In this document: piece by piece, positions 37,597 to 47,809 of the stretch
Layout of the letters: every line of letters begins with the position of its first letter
Position numbering within the stretch: the first letter of the stretch is position 1
Notes under the pieces: model-generated
What the model saw: the letters and a program-made list of their open reading frames with translations, nothing else
Database searches by the model: none
What the model was told of the DNA's origin: nothing
Translations under genes and position numbers: made by a program
Assembly: GCA_965116875.1 (NCBI GenBank)
Contig: OZ220733.1
Coordinates: 2,208,001-2,272,000 of the forward strand
Origin: Candidatus Latescibacterota bacterium
GTDB lineage: Bacteria > Latescibacterota > UBA2968 > GCA-2709665
Length of the DNA: 64,000 nucleotides
Direction: 5' to 3'

Positions 37597-37900
37597 GGTC
37601 GATATTTTAAAGAAATGTAATGTACCATTTAATGTAGAAAAGTCAAGTCAAAGCGTAGTTAAACGGATTTAATTATTTGTTTTTAAATATTTTATGTGTG
37701 ATTGGATTTTGTTCTCGCGGATCTGCGCCTGTGCCCCCGACACCGGTGCGCACTTCCTGTCCGCCGGCCTTTGTTTTCCCTTGACTGTGGTGATTAAGTG
37801 TTTGTTTTTTAACGTGGAGCATCCACCTTCGACCGCATTTGCAGTCGCAGGTCGGAAGTTGTGGTCTCCCCCGCCTTTTTTTATTATACTTGACGTCCAA

Positions 37901-38497
37901 ATGAAAAAACGCATCTGCGCCCTGGTGCCGGCTGCCGGAATGTCGACACGCATGGGGTCTCCCAAACAGCTGTTGCCCTTTGGCGAAAAGACAGTACTGC
38001 AGACCGTGGTCGATACGCTGCTGGAAGCCAATCTGGATGGAGTCCTGGTCGTGCTTGGCCACCGGGCGGATGCCGTGCGGGACAGTCTGGCCGAGCGACC
38101 GGTATTGTTTCATTTGAATCCCGATTATCGCAAGGGGATGTTTTCGAGTATCCTGAGCGGGCTTTCCGCCATGGAAGAATCGGCGGATGCCGCTCTGATC
38201 GCCCTGGGGGATCAGCCGAACGTCCGTGCGAGCGTGGTCACGAAGGTGGCCGCGGCGTATCGAAACGGCAATAAGGGAATCGTCGTTCCGGTCTACCGCG
38301 GAAGACGAGGGCATCCGGCGCTGGTGGATCTGGGTCGTTATTATTGCGAGATCCGGTCTCTATCCGGCGAGGAGGGGCTTAAACCCGTCATGCGGGGGCA
38401 CCCCCTCGACACGCGGGAGGTGGAGGTGGAGGACGAAGGCGTCTTGAGGGATATCGATACGCCGGAGGAATACCGAGAGGAACTGGACCGGCTCTAA
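37901..38497 (+). CDS. MobA/MocA-like nucleotidyltransferase (molybdenum cofactor cytidylyltransferase family)
   Basis: AAGMSTRMGSPKQLL, NPDY..GM.SS, LGDQP, GHP, DIDTPEEY. Confidence 0.88.
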   Translation: MKKRICALVPAAGMSTRMGSPKQLLPFGEKTVLQTVVDTLLEANLDGVLVVLGHRADAVRDSLAERPVLFHLNPDYRKGMFSSILSGLSAMEESADAALIALGDQPNVRASVVTKVAAAYRNGNKGIVVPVYRGRRGHPALVDLGRYYCEIRSLSGEEGLKPVMRGHPLDTREVEVEDEGVLRDIDTPEEYREELDRL

Positions 38498-38559
38498 CAG
38501 TCCGTTGATAAAGCCGCTCTGCAGGCAGGCACCCCCGATGGACTTTTTCAACGGGCTGC
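38495..38559 (-). mobile_element. MITE family 1, internally deleted copy (~65 bp)
   Basis: TAACAGTCCGTTGATAAAGCCGCTCTGCAGGC...GATGGACTTTTTCAACGGGCTG: both ends of copy A with the middle missing. Confidence 0.75.
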
Positions 38560-38595
38560 GAATGGAAGACGCCTCTTGTGCTGTCCCGAACCGGT

Positions 38596-39423
38596 CTACG
38601 CGGGCGAAAGCTGCGCTCCGCCGTCTACACGCAGGATCTGGCCGCTCACGAAGCTTGCCAGTGGAGAAACGAAGAACTGCACGGCGCGCGCGATCTCATC
38701 GGGATACGCGTATCGGATCAGCGTGGGCCGGCTCATCGCTTTCATAAAATCCGGGTCTGCCTGACCCGTGGCAAGAAAACGACCGCTGGGGGAGTCGCCC
38801 GGCGCAACCATGTTCACGGTGACGTTGTGTTGGCGGAGTTGGGCGGCCAGGCAGCGGGTATAGTGGGTCTGTGCCGCCTTGGCCGTAGCGTACACCGGGC
38901 CGCCCCCGGGCTCGCCGGTAAAGCTGTCCACCGAACCGATGTTGACAATCCTGCCTCCCCCGCGTTGAATCATGCCCGGAACGACCGCGCGGCAGCAGTG
39001 CAGGGTTGTGTCGAAGTTTCTCTTGAACACGGCCTCGATATCTTTCAGCGGGATGCCGATCGTATCGTTCGGGTTCGGTTTGCCGCCAGCGGCGGCAATG
39101 TCACCCCCGGCGTTGTTGACCAGAATGTCGATCGGCCCGAGTTCGGATTCGATGCGTCCAACCGCTGCTTCCACCTGCAGCGGATCCGAAACGTCGGCAA
39201 ATACGGTGATCACCGCGTTGCCGGTTTGCGCGATTTCCCTTGCCGCGTGCGTCGTGGAGGGGGCTTCGTCGAATTCGGCCGCCGTCCGGTCGGATCTTGC
39301 GTGAACAGCGATCGAAGCGCCGCAGCGGGAAAGCCGTTCCGCAATCGCCCGGCCAAGGCCCCGCGCCGACGCCGTGACCCAGGCAACCTTGCCGGCCAGA
39401 AGTTCAGGATGTACGTAATCCAT
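38596..39423 (-). CDS. SDR family oxidoreductase
   Basis: TASARGLG, LVNNAG, IVNIGS, YATAK, VSGQILRVDGG. Confidence 0.9.
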   Translation of the reverse strand: MDYVHPELLAGKVAWVTASARGLGRAIAERLSRCGASIAVHARSDRTAAEFDEAPSTTHAAREIAQTGNAVITVFADVSDPLQVEAAVGRIESELGPIDILVNNAGGDIAAAGGKPNPNDTIGIPLKDIEAVFKRNFDTTLHCCRAVVPGMIQRGGGRIVNIGSVDSFTGEPGGGPVYATAKAAQTHYTRCLAAQLRQHNVTVNMVAPGDSPSGRFLATGQADPDFMKAMSRPTLIRYAYPDEIARAVQFFVSPLASFVSGQILRVDGGAQLSPA

Positions 39424-39630
39424 ATCGTTCGTGACCTCCGTTTATGACAGCGAGTCGCGCAACTCACGATGAATGGTGTCATGTTCTGATCGGACGCTCC
39501 GGGTCGACGGACAACGGAACGACCGGAAAAGATACACCGCCCGCGTAATTCGGACAAGCCCGGATGACTCGCCCGCCGAATTCAGCCGGACGGGTTCCGG
39601 GACAGCACAATCCTCCGGGAGGATTCGATT

Positions 39631-40674
39631 ATGGGTAGTCGGACCATCGGTTTTGCAATGATCGGATGCGGCGTGGTGGCGGATTATCACATCGGCGCCG
39701 TGAAGGATACAGACGGGGCGGAACTGGTCGCCGTATACAGTCGAAGCGAGTCGCGCGCCAGGACCACCGGAGAGGCGCACGGCTCGCCCTGGTTTACCGA
39801 TCACCAGGCCCTTCTCCGCGTTCCGGAAGTGGACGTGGTATGTATCTGCACCCCCAGCGGCGTCCGAATTCCAATCGTGACGGATGCGGCCGAAGCGGGA
39901 AAACACCTGATCGTGGAAAAACCGCTGGATGTGTCGATACGGAATATGGATCGGATCATCCGGGCCGCCGAGGATGCGGAAGTGAAGCTCATGGGGGTGT
40001 TTCAGTTGCGGTATGGACATGCCGTACGCAGGGTGCGCGACGCTGTTCAGACCGGCGCGCTCGGTAAAATGGTGCTGGCTGACGCCTATATCAAATGGTT
40101 CCGGCCACAGGCTTACTACGATGCGGACGACTGGCGGGGCAATTGGGCGATGGAGGGCGGCGGGGCGCTGATGACGCAGGGCAGCCACACGGTGGACCTG
40201 CTCCAGTGGATCATGGGCCCCGTTAAACGCGTCTATGCCAGAATGGGCACGTTGATCCACGATATCGAGGTGGAAGATACGGTGGTTGCCACGCTGGAAT
40301 ACGAGAGCGGGGCGCTGGGTGTGATTGAAGCGTCTTCCGCGGCGTATCCCGGGTTGCCGGCACGGATGGAGTTGTCCGGAGACCGGGGTACGGTTGTGGT
40401 GGAAGCGGACCAGATAACCAGATGGGACGTCGAGGGCGAGAGCGTCGAGGAGACGGCGGCCGACACGTCGGACGTGGCCAGAGCGGCATCGGATTCGAGA
40501 ACCTTCGGAACGGAAGGCCACAAGGCGCAGGTCGCGGAGATGGTACGTATTCTGAACGAAGGCGGTGAACCGGAAATCGACGGCCCGGAGTCGAAGCGGG
40601 CGATCGAAATCATCCTGGCGATTTACGAATCCGCGAGGTCCGGCAACCCCGTGACGCTGCCTTTCAACGGGTGA
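39631..40674 (+). CDS. Gfo/Idh/MocA family oxidoreductase
   Basis: IGCGVVA, ICTPSG, VEKP, FQLR, GGGALMTQGSHTVD, EVED. Confidence 0.9.
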   Translation: MGSRTIGFAMIGCGVVADYHIGAVKDTDGAELVAVYSRSESRARTTGEAHGSPWFTDHQALLRVPEVDVVCICTPSGVRIPIVTDAAEAGKHLIVEKPLDVSIRNMDRIIRAAEDAEVKLMGVFQLRYGHAVRRVRDAVQTGALGKMVLADAYIKWFRPQAYYDADDWRGNWAMEGGGALMTQGSHTVDLLQWIMGPVKRVYARMGTLIHDIEVEDTVVATLEYESGALGVIEASSAAYPGLPARMELSGDRGTVVVEADQITRWDVEGESVEETAADTSDVARAASDSRTFGTEGHKAQVAEMVRILNEGGEPEIDGPESKRAIEIILAIYESARSGNPVTLPFNG

Positions 40675-40706
40675 ACCGGGAACGAATATTCTACCGGGAG
40701 CGTTCT

Positions 40707-41696
40707 ATGGAGCCGATCAAGATTGTGGTGACCGACTATATCGAGCCCGACCTGAACTGGGAAGAGGAGGAACTCAGGAAATACGGGCACGTCACCTTTG
40801 AATATCATCAGCTCAAGTTCAGGCCGGAGTCCGAACTGGTCGAGAAGATCGTCGACGCGGATATGGTTCTGGTGAATATGGTAAAGATGACCGCCGGCGT
40901 GATCGATCAGCTGGATAGGTGCAAGCTGATCCTGAGGCACGGCGTCGGATACGACAACGTGGACGTGAGCGCCGCGACAAAGAAGGGAGTACGCGTTGCC
41001 TACGAGCCGGACTATTGTTCGGACGAGGTGGCGGAACACGCGATTACGCTGTTGTTGTCCGGGTGGCGGAAGCTGAACGTGGGACGGAAGATTCTGAATG
41101 CATCGAGTCGGAACGGGATCTGGGACTTCACCGATGTCTATCCAGTCTATTCCGTCAAGGGCAAGACCGTGGGCATCATCGGTTGCGGCCGCATCGGGAG
41201 CCTGACGCTTCGGAAACTCGCCGGGTTCGAGGTGAATATCCTGGTGTGCGATCCGTACCTGCCCGAAGAACGCCGGAAGGAACTGGATGTGCAGGTGGTG
41301 GATTTGGACACGGTATTGAGAGAATCGGACATGATAACGGTTCACGCGTCGCTCGACGACGAATCGTACCATCTCATCGGCGAAAGAGAACTCAAAGCGA
41401 TGAAATCCCACGCCTATCTGGTGAATACGGCCAGGGGCGGCCTGGTGGACGCGGATGCGCTTGCCCGGGCCCTGAGGGAGGGCTGGATCGCCGGGGCGGC
41501 TGTCGACGTATACGAGCAGGAGCCGCCCGATCCGGAGATGGAACTGTTCAATCTGGAGAATGCGCTCCTGGCGCCCCATCTCGCGTGGTATTCCGAAGAG
41601 GCGAACTGGAGTATGCGCGAAAAGGTAATGGAGGACTTCGTGCGTTTCATTGAAGGGCGCCCGCCGCGTTTCCTGATCAACAAGGAACTCTTATAA
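40707..41696 (+). CDS. D-isomer-specific 2-hydroxyacid dehydrogenase (CtBP/SerA-like)
   Basis: GVGYDNVD, VAEH, GCGRIG, VNTARGG, DVYEQEP, PHLAWYS. Confidence 0.9.
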   Translation: MEPIKIVVTDYIEPDLNWEEEELRKYGHVTFEYHQLKFRPESELVEKIVDADMVLVNMVKMTAGVIDQLDRCKLILRHGVGYDNVDVSAATKKGVRVAYEPDYCSDEVAEHAITLLLSGWRKLNVGRKILNASSRNGIWDFTDVYPVYSVKGKTVGIIGCGRIGSLTLRKLAGFEVNILVCDPYLPEERRKELDVQVVDLDTVLRESDMITVHASLDDESYHLIGERELKAMKSHAYLVNTARGGLVDADALARALREGWIAGAAVDVYEQEPPDPEMELFNLENALLAPHLAWYSEEANWSMREKVMEDFVRFIEGRPPRFLINKELL

Positions 41697-41731
41697 GCGG
41701 GTGCCGCAATCACCCTGTCGGGAGATCCGAA

Positions 41732-43069
41732 ATGGCGCTGGTGGCGAACGAGATGACATTGGAAAAGCGAGAGGTTCCGGGACCCCGCTCCGCCGAATTG
41801 CTCGAAGTTTCCAGGGAATACGAGCCGCCCTGTATGGCCGATCAGGTCCCTGTGGTGTGGGATCGCGGTGAGGGCGTCTGGGTGTGGGACGTGGACGGCA
41901 ACCGGTTTCTGGACTTTACTTCCGGTGTCCTGGTAACCAATCTCGGTCACTCGCACCCGCGGCACGTGGAGCGTATCCGGGAACAGGCAGGGCGGCTGAT
42001 GAACTGTTATTCGTTCCCTACGCCGGAGCGGGTGACCCTGTCAAAACGGCTGACTGATCTGCTTCCCGGCAATATCGATCAGACGTTTCTGCTGACAACG
42101 GGCGCCGAGGCCACCGAGGCCGCCATCCGCATTGCCAAACGGTTCACGGGCAAGCACGAAGTGCTGTCGTTCTACGGGGGATTTCACGGACGCACGTACG
42201 GGCCGATGAGCGTTGCCGGAAATATGAACACAAAACGTGCGTTCGGACCCCAGTTGCCGGGTGGAATCCTGGCGCCGTTTCCCTATTTCTATCGGGATTT
42301 CTACAAGAGCAAGACCGAAGAAGAGTGCGCTCGGCGCTGCCTCGACAACCTGGACAGGATTATCGACTCCACGTCCACGGGCGACGTGGGCGCCGTGATC
42401 ACCGAACCCTACCAGGGAGGCGCGGGTTTCATCTTTCCGCCTGCCGGCTGGCTGAAGGGGCTCGAAGCGTGGGCGCGGGAGCGCGGGATGGTCTTCATTC
42501 TGGACGAGGTGCAATCGTCGTTCGGGCGCACCGGAAAGCTGTTCGCGCTGGAGTGGGAGGACCTGCAGCCGAATATGGTCTGTCTGGGCAAGGGCATCGG
42601 CAGCGGAATGCCGGCTTCGGCCCTTGCCGGCGAGAGTCGCATTTTCGAGTGTATGGGAACCGGCGAGATGTCCAGCACGTGCGGCGGAAATCCGCTGGCC
42701 AGCGCCGCGTCCCATGCTGTACTGGACGTCATGGAAGACGAAAGGCTGCCGGAAAACGCGCAACGCGTGGGCGATTACATGATGGCGCGGTTTCAGGCGC
42801 TGAAGGCGAAATACCAGGTGCTGGGCGACGTGCGCGGGCAGGGCCTGGTGATCGGACTGGAGTTCGTACGGGACCCCGAAGAGAGAACCCCCGCGCCGAA
42901 ACTCACCTCCGATCTGCTGCTGCGGGCGGGAGAGCACGGTCTTCTGCTCGGCAAGGTCGGGTTGTACGGAAACGTCGTCAGGATCGCGCCTCCGCTGGTG
43001 ATCACCGAAGCGGAAGCGGGATTGGGCATCGACATCCTCGACCGTGCGCTGGAAGAACTCGCCGGATGA
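41732..43069 (+). CDS. Class III PLP aminotransferase (GabT-like)
   Basis: DFTSGVLVTNLGH, TGAEATE, FHGRT, DEVQSSFGRTG, GKGIGSG, STCGGNP. Confidence 0.9.
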   Translation: MALVANEMTLEKREVPGPRSAELLEVSREYEPPCMADQVPVVWDRGEGVWVWDVDGNRFLDFTSGVLVTNLGHSHPRHVERIREQAGRLMNCYSFPTPERVTLSKRLTDLLPGNIDQTFLLTTGAEATEAAIRIAKRFTGKHEVLSFYGGFHGRTYGPMSVAGNMNTKRAFGPQLPGGILAPFPYFYRDFYKSKTEEECARRCLDNLDRIIDSTSTGDVGAVITEPYQGGAGFIFPPAGWLKGLEAWARERGMVFILDEVQSSFGRTGKLFALEWEDLQPNMVCLGKGIGSGMPASALAGESRIFECMGTGEMSSTCGGNPLASAASHAVLDVMEDERLPENAQRVGDYMMARFQALKAKYQVLGDVRGQGLVIGLEFVRDPEERTPAPKLTSDLLLRAGEHGLLLGKVGLYGNVVRIAPPLVITEAEAGLGIDILDRALEELAG

Positions 43070-43070
43070 C

Positions 43071-43108
43071 CCGGCCGCAGCCCGGATGGACTTTTTCAAC
43101 GGGCTGCT
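43071..43108 (-). mobile_element. MITE family 1, single-end fragment
   Basis: CCGGCCGCAGCCCGGATGGACTTTTTCAACGGGCTG is the reverse complement of the left end of copies A/B. Confidence 0.7.
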
Positions 43109-43157
43109 TACGGTGGATCCGGAGTCACACGCCGCCACGGATCCCGGGAGTGCGCTT

Positions 43158-44393
43158 TTGGATAACCGGCTATTGAAGTCCGCAATCGAGACCCACAAGG
43201 AAGATGCGGTGGAGCTGCTTTGCGATCTGATCCGCATCCCGTCCGTGCGCGGCAGCGAAGGACAGGCGATGCGCACGTTGCACGCCAGGATGGAAGAGAT
43301 TGTCGACGAACGTGAACTTGTGCCCATTCCGGACACGATACAGGAAGACCCCGACTATTCGTTCAGGCTGCCGGATCTCAGTTATGCCGACCGTCCGAAT
43401 ATGAGGGTGGTAAAAAGGGGAACCGGCGGCGGTCGATCGTTGATCGTGAATACCCACCTGGACGTCGTTCCCGCCTCGTCGGACCAGGACCGTCCTTTCG
43501 AGGGGCGCGTGGAAGACGGGGTCGTATTCGGTCGCGGTGCGTGTGACTGCAAGGGACAGGCAGCCATGCTCTACCTGGCGCTCGCCGCCCTGAAAGAGAC
43601 GGGCATGGCGCTCAGGGGAGACCTGATCGGGCACCTGGTGGTCGAGGAGGAATGCGGCGGCAACGGAACGCTCGCGTTCGTGCGTGGAAACGACCGGGCC
43701 GATGCGGCGCTGGTCCTGGAGCCCTCCGAATTGAAAATCCTGCCCTCGATACGCGGTGCGGTCTGGTTCACGGTGAACGTCTATGGTCGGGCGGGCCACA
43801 GCGGACAGGCGGGGCGCACGGTGAGCGCACTGAAGGAGGCCATGCGCGCAATCGAGATTCTGGAGGGATATCACGAAAGACTGTTGGGTGAATCCAAAGG
43901 ACATCCGCTTTACGATGCGTATGAAAACCCGATGCCCATCACGTTCGGCACGCTGGAGGCCGGGGACTGGCCCGCGATGGCGCCGAGAAAAGCGACGTTC
44001 AAGGGCGTTCTGGGATTTCTGCCGAACAGGAACAGGGAGGAAGTGATGCGCGAAATGGAGGGTGCGCTGAAGGCCGCCGGAGGAGACTGGCTCCCCGACC
44101 ATTTCGACATGGAGTTCATGTACCGTCATGACTGCAACGAGGTGCCCCTGGATCATCCGATCGTAAGGACATTGCAACAGGCATGTCTTGCAAGCGGACA
44201 GGCCGCCGAGGTGGCGGCGATGCCCGCGTCGTGCGATGCGTGGTTTTATTCCAATCTGATCGGCGTCCCCGCCGTCGTGTTCGGCGCGGGAACGCTGGGC
44301 GTGGCACACTCAAGCCAGGAACAGATCCCCGTACACGGTCTGGCCGCGGGCGCGGAAGTCCTCGCACGCGCGATCGCGGACTGGTGCGGATAA
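43158..44393 (+). CDS. M20 family metallo-deacylase (ArgE/DapE-like)
   Basis: NTHLDVVP, GRGACDCKG, VEEE, EP, G.AGH, CDA, AH..QE; TTG start with GGGAG RBS inferred. Confidence 0.88.
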   Translation: MDNRLLKSAIETHKEDAVELLCDLIRIPSVRGSEGQAMRTLHARMEEIVDERELVPIPDTIQEDPDYSFRLPDLSYADRPNMRVVKRGTGGGRSLIVNTHLDVVPASSDQDRPFEGRVEDGVVFGRGACDCKGQAAMLYLALAALKETGMALRGDLIGHLVVEEECGGNGTLAFVRGNDRADAALVLEPSELKILPSIRGAVWFTVNVYGRAGHSGQAGRTVSALKEAMRAIEILEGYHERLLGESKGHPLYDAYENPMPITFGTLEAGDWPAMAPRKATFKGVLGFLPNRNREEVMREMEGALKAAGGDWLPDHFDMEFMYRHDCNEVPLDHPIVRTLQQACLASGQAAEVAAMPASCDAWFYSNLIGVPAVVFGAGTLGVAHSSQEQIPVHGLAAGAEVLARAIADWCG

Positions 44394-44458
44394 ACTCACA
44401 CAGCCGTGCGAAGACCGCTGGGAATTTTAAAACAGCATCTAAAGGAGAATGCGATTCG

Positions 44459-45532
44459 ATGAAGAGGCTCGGGGTTGGGATAATCGGATTTCATCACCTT
44501 CATTCGCTGGATTACCTTCCACATTTCGATGCGATCGACAGTACAGAGGTACGGGCGGTTGCGGAAGCGGATCCGGCGGTTCTGGAGCGGGTTTGCGGGC
44601 AGACGGGGATCGACGGACACGGGGACTACAACGCACTTCTATCGCGGGAGGACATCGGCCTTGTGGTGATCCTGCTGCCGCACGCGGAGTGCCCGGACGC
44701 GGTGGATCGGGCGGCGTCCGCCGGCAAGCACGTGATTGTGGAGAAGCCGATGGCGGATACCTCCAGGGGTATCCGGCGCATGATTGCCGCCACTGACAAA
44801 GCGGGCGTGACGCTGTCCTCTCCCTATTGCTGGCGTGCGCATCCGGCTTCCAGAAAGATCAAGGAGCTTGTCGATCGCGGCATACTGGGGCGGATCGTCG
44901 CGCTCGAGGGGCGATGCGCGGCGGGTTCGCCGTTGCGCTACCTGGAGGACGGGATCTCACCCTGGCTGAACAAGAAGGCAGTTGCGGGCGGCGGCCCGAT
45001 GCACAATCTGGGTACGCACTGGATCGATCTGTTCAGGTGGATCCTGAAGGACGAGGTCCAGCAGGCGACAGGCATGGTGAGCCACCTGCAACACCGGCTG
45101 GATATCGAAGACAACAGTTTCGGCATCGTGAAATTCAGATGCGGCGCGACAGCCACGCTCGATATCAGCTATTCCGTACCGAAGGCCTTTCCCGCCGGGA
45201 GGGATCTCTTCATCGGCCTTCGAGGCAGCCTGGGTACGGTGTCGTGGAGCCCGGCGTGGGGGGGAACCGCCGACGAAGTCTTTGTGGTCAGCGACCATCC
45301 CGACTTCGCGGACGGACCCCGGACGACGCTGAGAATCGCTTCCGAAGCCGCAGAAGGATACGGCGGTGTATCCGGCCGGGTGTATCTGAACGAAACGGTC
45401 GACGCCATTCTGGATGGGAAACCCCCCGGAATTTCAGGCGATGACGGGCTGAGGGCCGTGGAAGTCGTGGAAGCGATTTACGCCGCCGCGGAAACGGGCA
45501 GGGTCGTGACGGTGGAAGACTGCCGCGCCTGA
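44459..45532 (+). CDS. Gfo/Idh/MocA family oxidoreductase
   Basis: GVGIIG, VEKPM, GGGPMHNLGTHWID, IED; AAGGAG RBS. Confidence 0.88.
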   Translation: MKRLGVGIIGFHHLHSLDYLPHFDAIDSTEVRAVAEADPAVLERVCGQTGIDGHGDYNALLSREDIGLVVILLPHAECPDAVDRAASAGKHVIVEKPMADTSRGIRRMIAATDKAGVTLSSPYCWRAHPASRKIKELVDRGILGRIVALEGRCAAGSPLRYLEDGISPWLNKKAVAGGGPMHNLGTHWIDLFRWILKDEVQQATGMVSHLQHRLDIEDNSFGIVKFRCGATATLDISYSVPKAFPAGRDLFIGLRGSLGTVSWSPAWGGTADEVFVVSDHPDFADGPRTTLRIASEAAEGYGGVSGRVYLNETVDAILDGKPPGISGDDGLRAVEVVEAIYAAAETGRVVTVEDCRA

Positions 45533-45555
45533 ATGCGCCGGACATCAGAAAAACA

Positions 45556-45598
45556 AAAGGAACAGCCGCACGCGAAACCGGCTGTTCCTTTGTGTTTT
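45556..45598. terminator. Probable bidirectional intrinsic terminator
   Basis: 13-bp stem AAAGGAACAGCCG/CGGCTGTTCCTTT with A- and T-rich flanks between convergent genes. Confidence 0.75.
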
Positions 45599-45615
45599 AC
45601 TTGCCAGGAAGCTGT

Positions 45616-46674
45616 CTACCAGGCGTCCATTACGATTTCCCGTCCGGTCCGGGCGGATTCGTAGATGGCCAGGATCAGGTCCACGGACTTTCGTGCGGAC
45701 TCTCCCGGGATGTACGGCTCGCGGTCTTCCATTACGGCGCGGGTAATGTCGTTTACAAGAAAGCCATGGCCGGGCGCGACGGCGCTGGCGGCGCCCACGT
45801 TGCCCGCCGCGGCGATCTGCCGTGGGGGAAACGCGTCTTCCGCGCGTCCGTCTTCCTCGGTTGCGGTGGCCCATCGTGTAATCTGTGTGCCGCTCATGGT
45901 GATGGTCCCGGAGTTGCCATGAAGTTCGATGCGAGACGCCTCCCCGGGGTTGCAGGACGTGGTGCCGATCAGCGTCCCGAAGGCGCCGCTCCTGTATTTG
46001 ATCGTGGCGACGGCAGTGTCTTCCACTTCGATGTCGCGCACCTTGTTTTCCGCGCGCGCGAACACGGATTCGACGTCGTCATCGATCAGCCACAGCAGCA
46101 GGTCCACCCCGTGCACACCCTGGTTCATCAGCGCGCCGCCGCCATCGTCTCTCCACGTACCGCGCCAGCCCGCACTGTTGTAATACTCCTGAGAGCGGTA
46201 GTTCTTCATCAGGGCATCGGCCAGCACCAGTTTGCCGAGTTCTCCGTTCCTGATGGCGTTCCGAACCTGAATCGCTTCATCGCTGGTTCGGCTTTGAAAA
46301 ATACAGCCGAGCCTGACGCCGGCATCGCGGCAGGCATGGATCATCCGGTCCATCTTTTCGCGTGTGACGTCCAGCGGTTTCTCACACAGGGAGTGTACTC
46401 CCGCCCTGGCGGCCGCAATCACATTGTCGGCGTGCATGCCGGACGGGGTACAGATACCGGCGATGTGCACGTCCGGATCCGCGACCAGGTCCTGATAGTT
46501 CCTGTAATATTTGACTCCTCCGGACTCGGCGGCGAATTTCTTTCCCTTTTCTTCGTTGTAATTGCATACCGCGACCAGTTCCGCATCGGGACATGCTTCG
46601 ATGCCGGACCGGAAGTGGCCCGCGATCATGCCGGCGCCAATGATGCCCCAACCGAGTTTGCTGTTTTTCGCCAT
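45616..46674 (-). CDS. Gfo/Idh/MocA family oxidoreductase (tandem paralog 2)
   Basis: IIGAGMIA, ICTPSGMH, CEKP, WRGTW..DGGGALMNQGVHGVD. Confidence 0.9.
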   Translation of the reverse strand: MAKNSKLGWGIIGAGMIAGHFRSGIEACPDAELVAVCNYNEEKGKKFAAESGGVKYYRNYQDLVADPDVHIAGICTPSGMHADNVIAAARAGVHSLCEKPLDVTREKMDRMIHACRDAGVRLGCIFQSRTSDEAIQVRNAIRNGELGKLVLADALMKNYRSQEYYNSAGWRGTWRDDGGGALMNQGVHGVDLLLWLIDDDVESVFARAENKVRDIEVEDTAVATIKYRSGAFGTLIGTTSCNPGEASRIELHGNSGTITMSGTQITRWATATEEDGRAEDAFPPRQIAAAGNVGAASAVAPGHGFLVNDITRAVMEDREPYIPGESARKSVDLILAIYESARTGREIVMDAW

Positions 46675-46735
46675 TTTTGCATCGTCCCTCTTTGGGAGTT
46701 GGAGAGCGGCGCGCCTTGCGGCGGCCGCGTGGGGT

Positions 46736-47809
46736 TCAGCCCGCGTGCCACACCTCGACTTCCCTGCCCGAACGAGCGGACTCGTAGATTGCCAGAATGA
46801 GGTCAACCGCGCCGCGGGCGGACTCGCCGGTAACGTATGGGTCGCGGTCTTCCCTGATTGCCCGGACGAGGTCGTCGACCAGGAATACGTGGCCCGAGCT
46901 TCCGATGTCCCTTGGGTCGGCAACCGCGCCTTCAATTTCGATTTCCGCTGGCGGTTCGCTGTCTTCGGCGCGGCCGTCTTCCTCAGCGGTGTTCGCCCAG
47001 CGGGTTATCGAACTGCCGCTGACCGTGATCGTGCCGCGGGCTCCGTGCAACTCGATGCGACGGGCCTCGCCGGGGTTGCACGAAGTGGTGCCGATGAGCG
47101 CACCGTACGCGCCGTTCCTGAATCTCAGATTGGCTACGGCCGTATCTTCCACTTCGATGTCGCGCACCTTGTGTTCGGCGCGCGCGAACACGGATTCGAC
47201 GGGGCTGCCCATAAGCCACAAAAGAAGGTCCACGCCGTGTACGCCCTGGTTCATGAGCGCGCCGCCCCCGTCCAGCGCCCAGGTGCCCCGCCATCCCGCG
47301 CTGCGGTAATAGGCCTGGGAACGGTAGTCCTTGAGATAGGCGTCGGCCAGAATCATCCGACCCAGCCGACCGGCCTGAATGGCTTCGCGCGCCCGGATCA
47401 TGTCCGGACTGGTGCGGCTCTGAAAGACGCAGCCGAGTTTCACCCCCGCATCACGACATGCCGCCGTCATTTCCGTCATTCGGCCGGCGTCGATCTCCAG
47501 GGGCTTCTCGCACAGCACGTGCTTGCCGGCCCTTGCGGCCGCGGTCACACCCTCGCAATGAAGGCCGGAAGGGGTGCAGACGCTGACGATGTCGACCTGC
47601 GGATCCTGAACCAACTCTCTGTAGTCTGAATACGTGCGAACGCCGGCGGCGTCCGCATCCATGCCGGCAAGAAACGACCGGATCTGCTTTTCGTCGGTAT
47701 CGCAAACCGCCGCCAGTTCGGCCTCGTCGCATGCATCGATCGCCAGGCGATGCGTGGGCGCGATCACGCCGCAGCCGACGATTCCGAAACCGAATCGTCC
47801 TTCCTTCAT
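46736..47809 (-). CDS. Gfo/Idh/MocA family oxidoreductase (tandem paralog 1)
   Basis: IVGCGVIA, VCTPSGLH, CEKP, WRGTWALDGGGALMNQGVHGVD. Confidence 0.9.
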   Translation of the reverse strand: MKEGRFGFGIVGCGVIAPTHRLAIDACDEAELAAVCDTDEKQIRSFLAGMDADAAGVRTYSDYRELVQDPQVDIVSVCTPSGLHCEGVTAAARAGKHVLCEKPLEIDAGRMTEMTAACRDAGVKLGCVFQSRTSPDMIRAREAIQAGRLGRMILADAYLKDYRSQAYYRSAGWRGTWALDGGGALMNQGVHGVDLLLWLMGSPVESVFARAEHKVRDIEVEDTAVANLRFRNGAYGALIGTTSCNPGEARRIELHGARGTITVSGSSITRWANTAEEDGRAEDSEPPAEIEIEGAVADPRDIGSSGHVFLVDDLVRAIREDRDPYVTGESARGAVDLILAIYESARSGREVEVWHAG

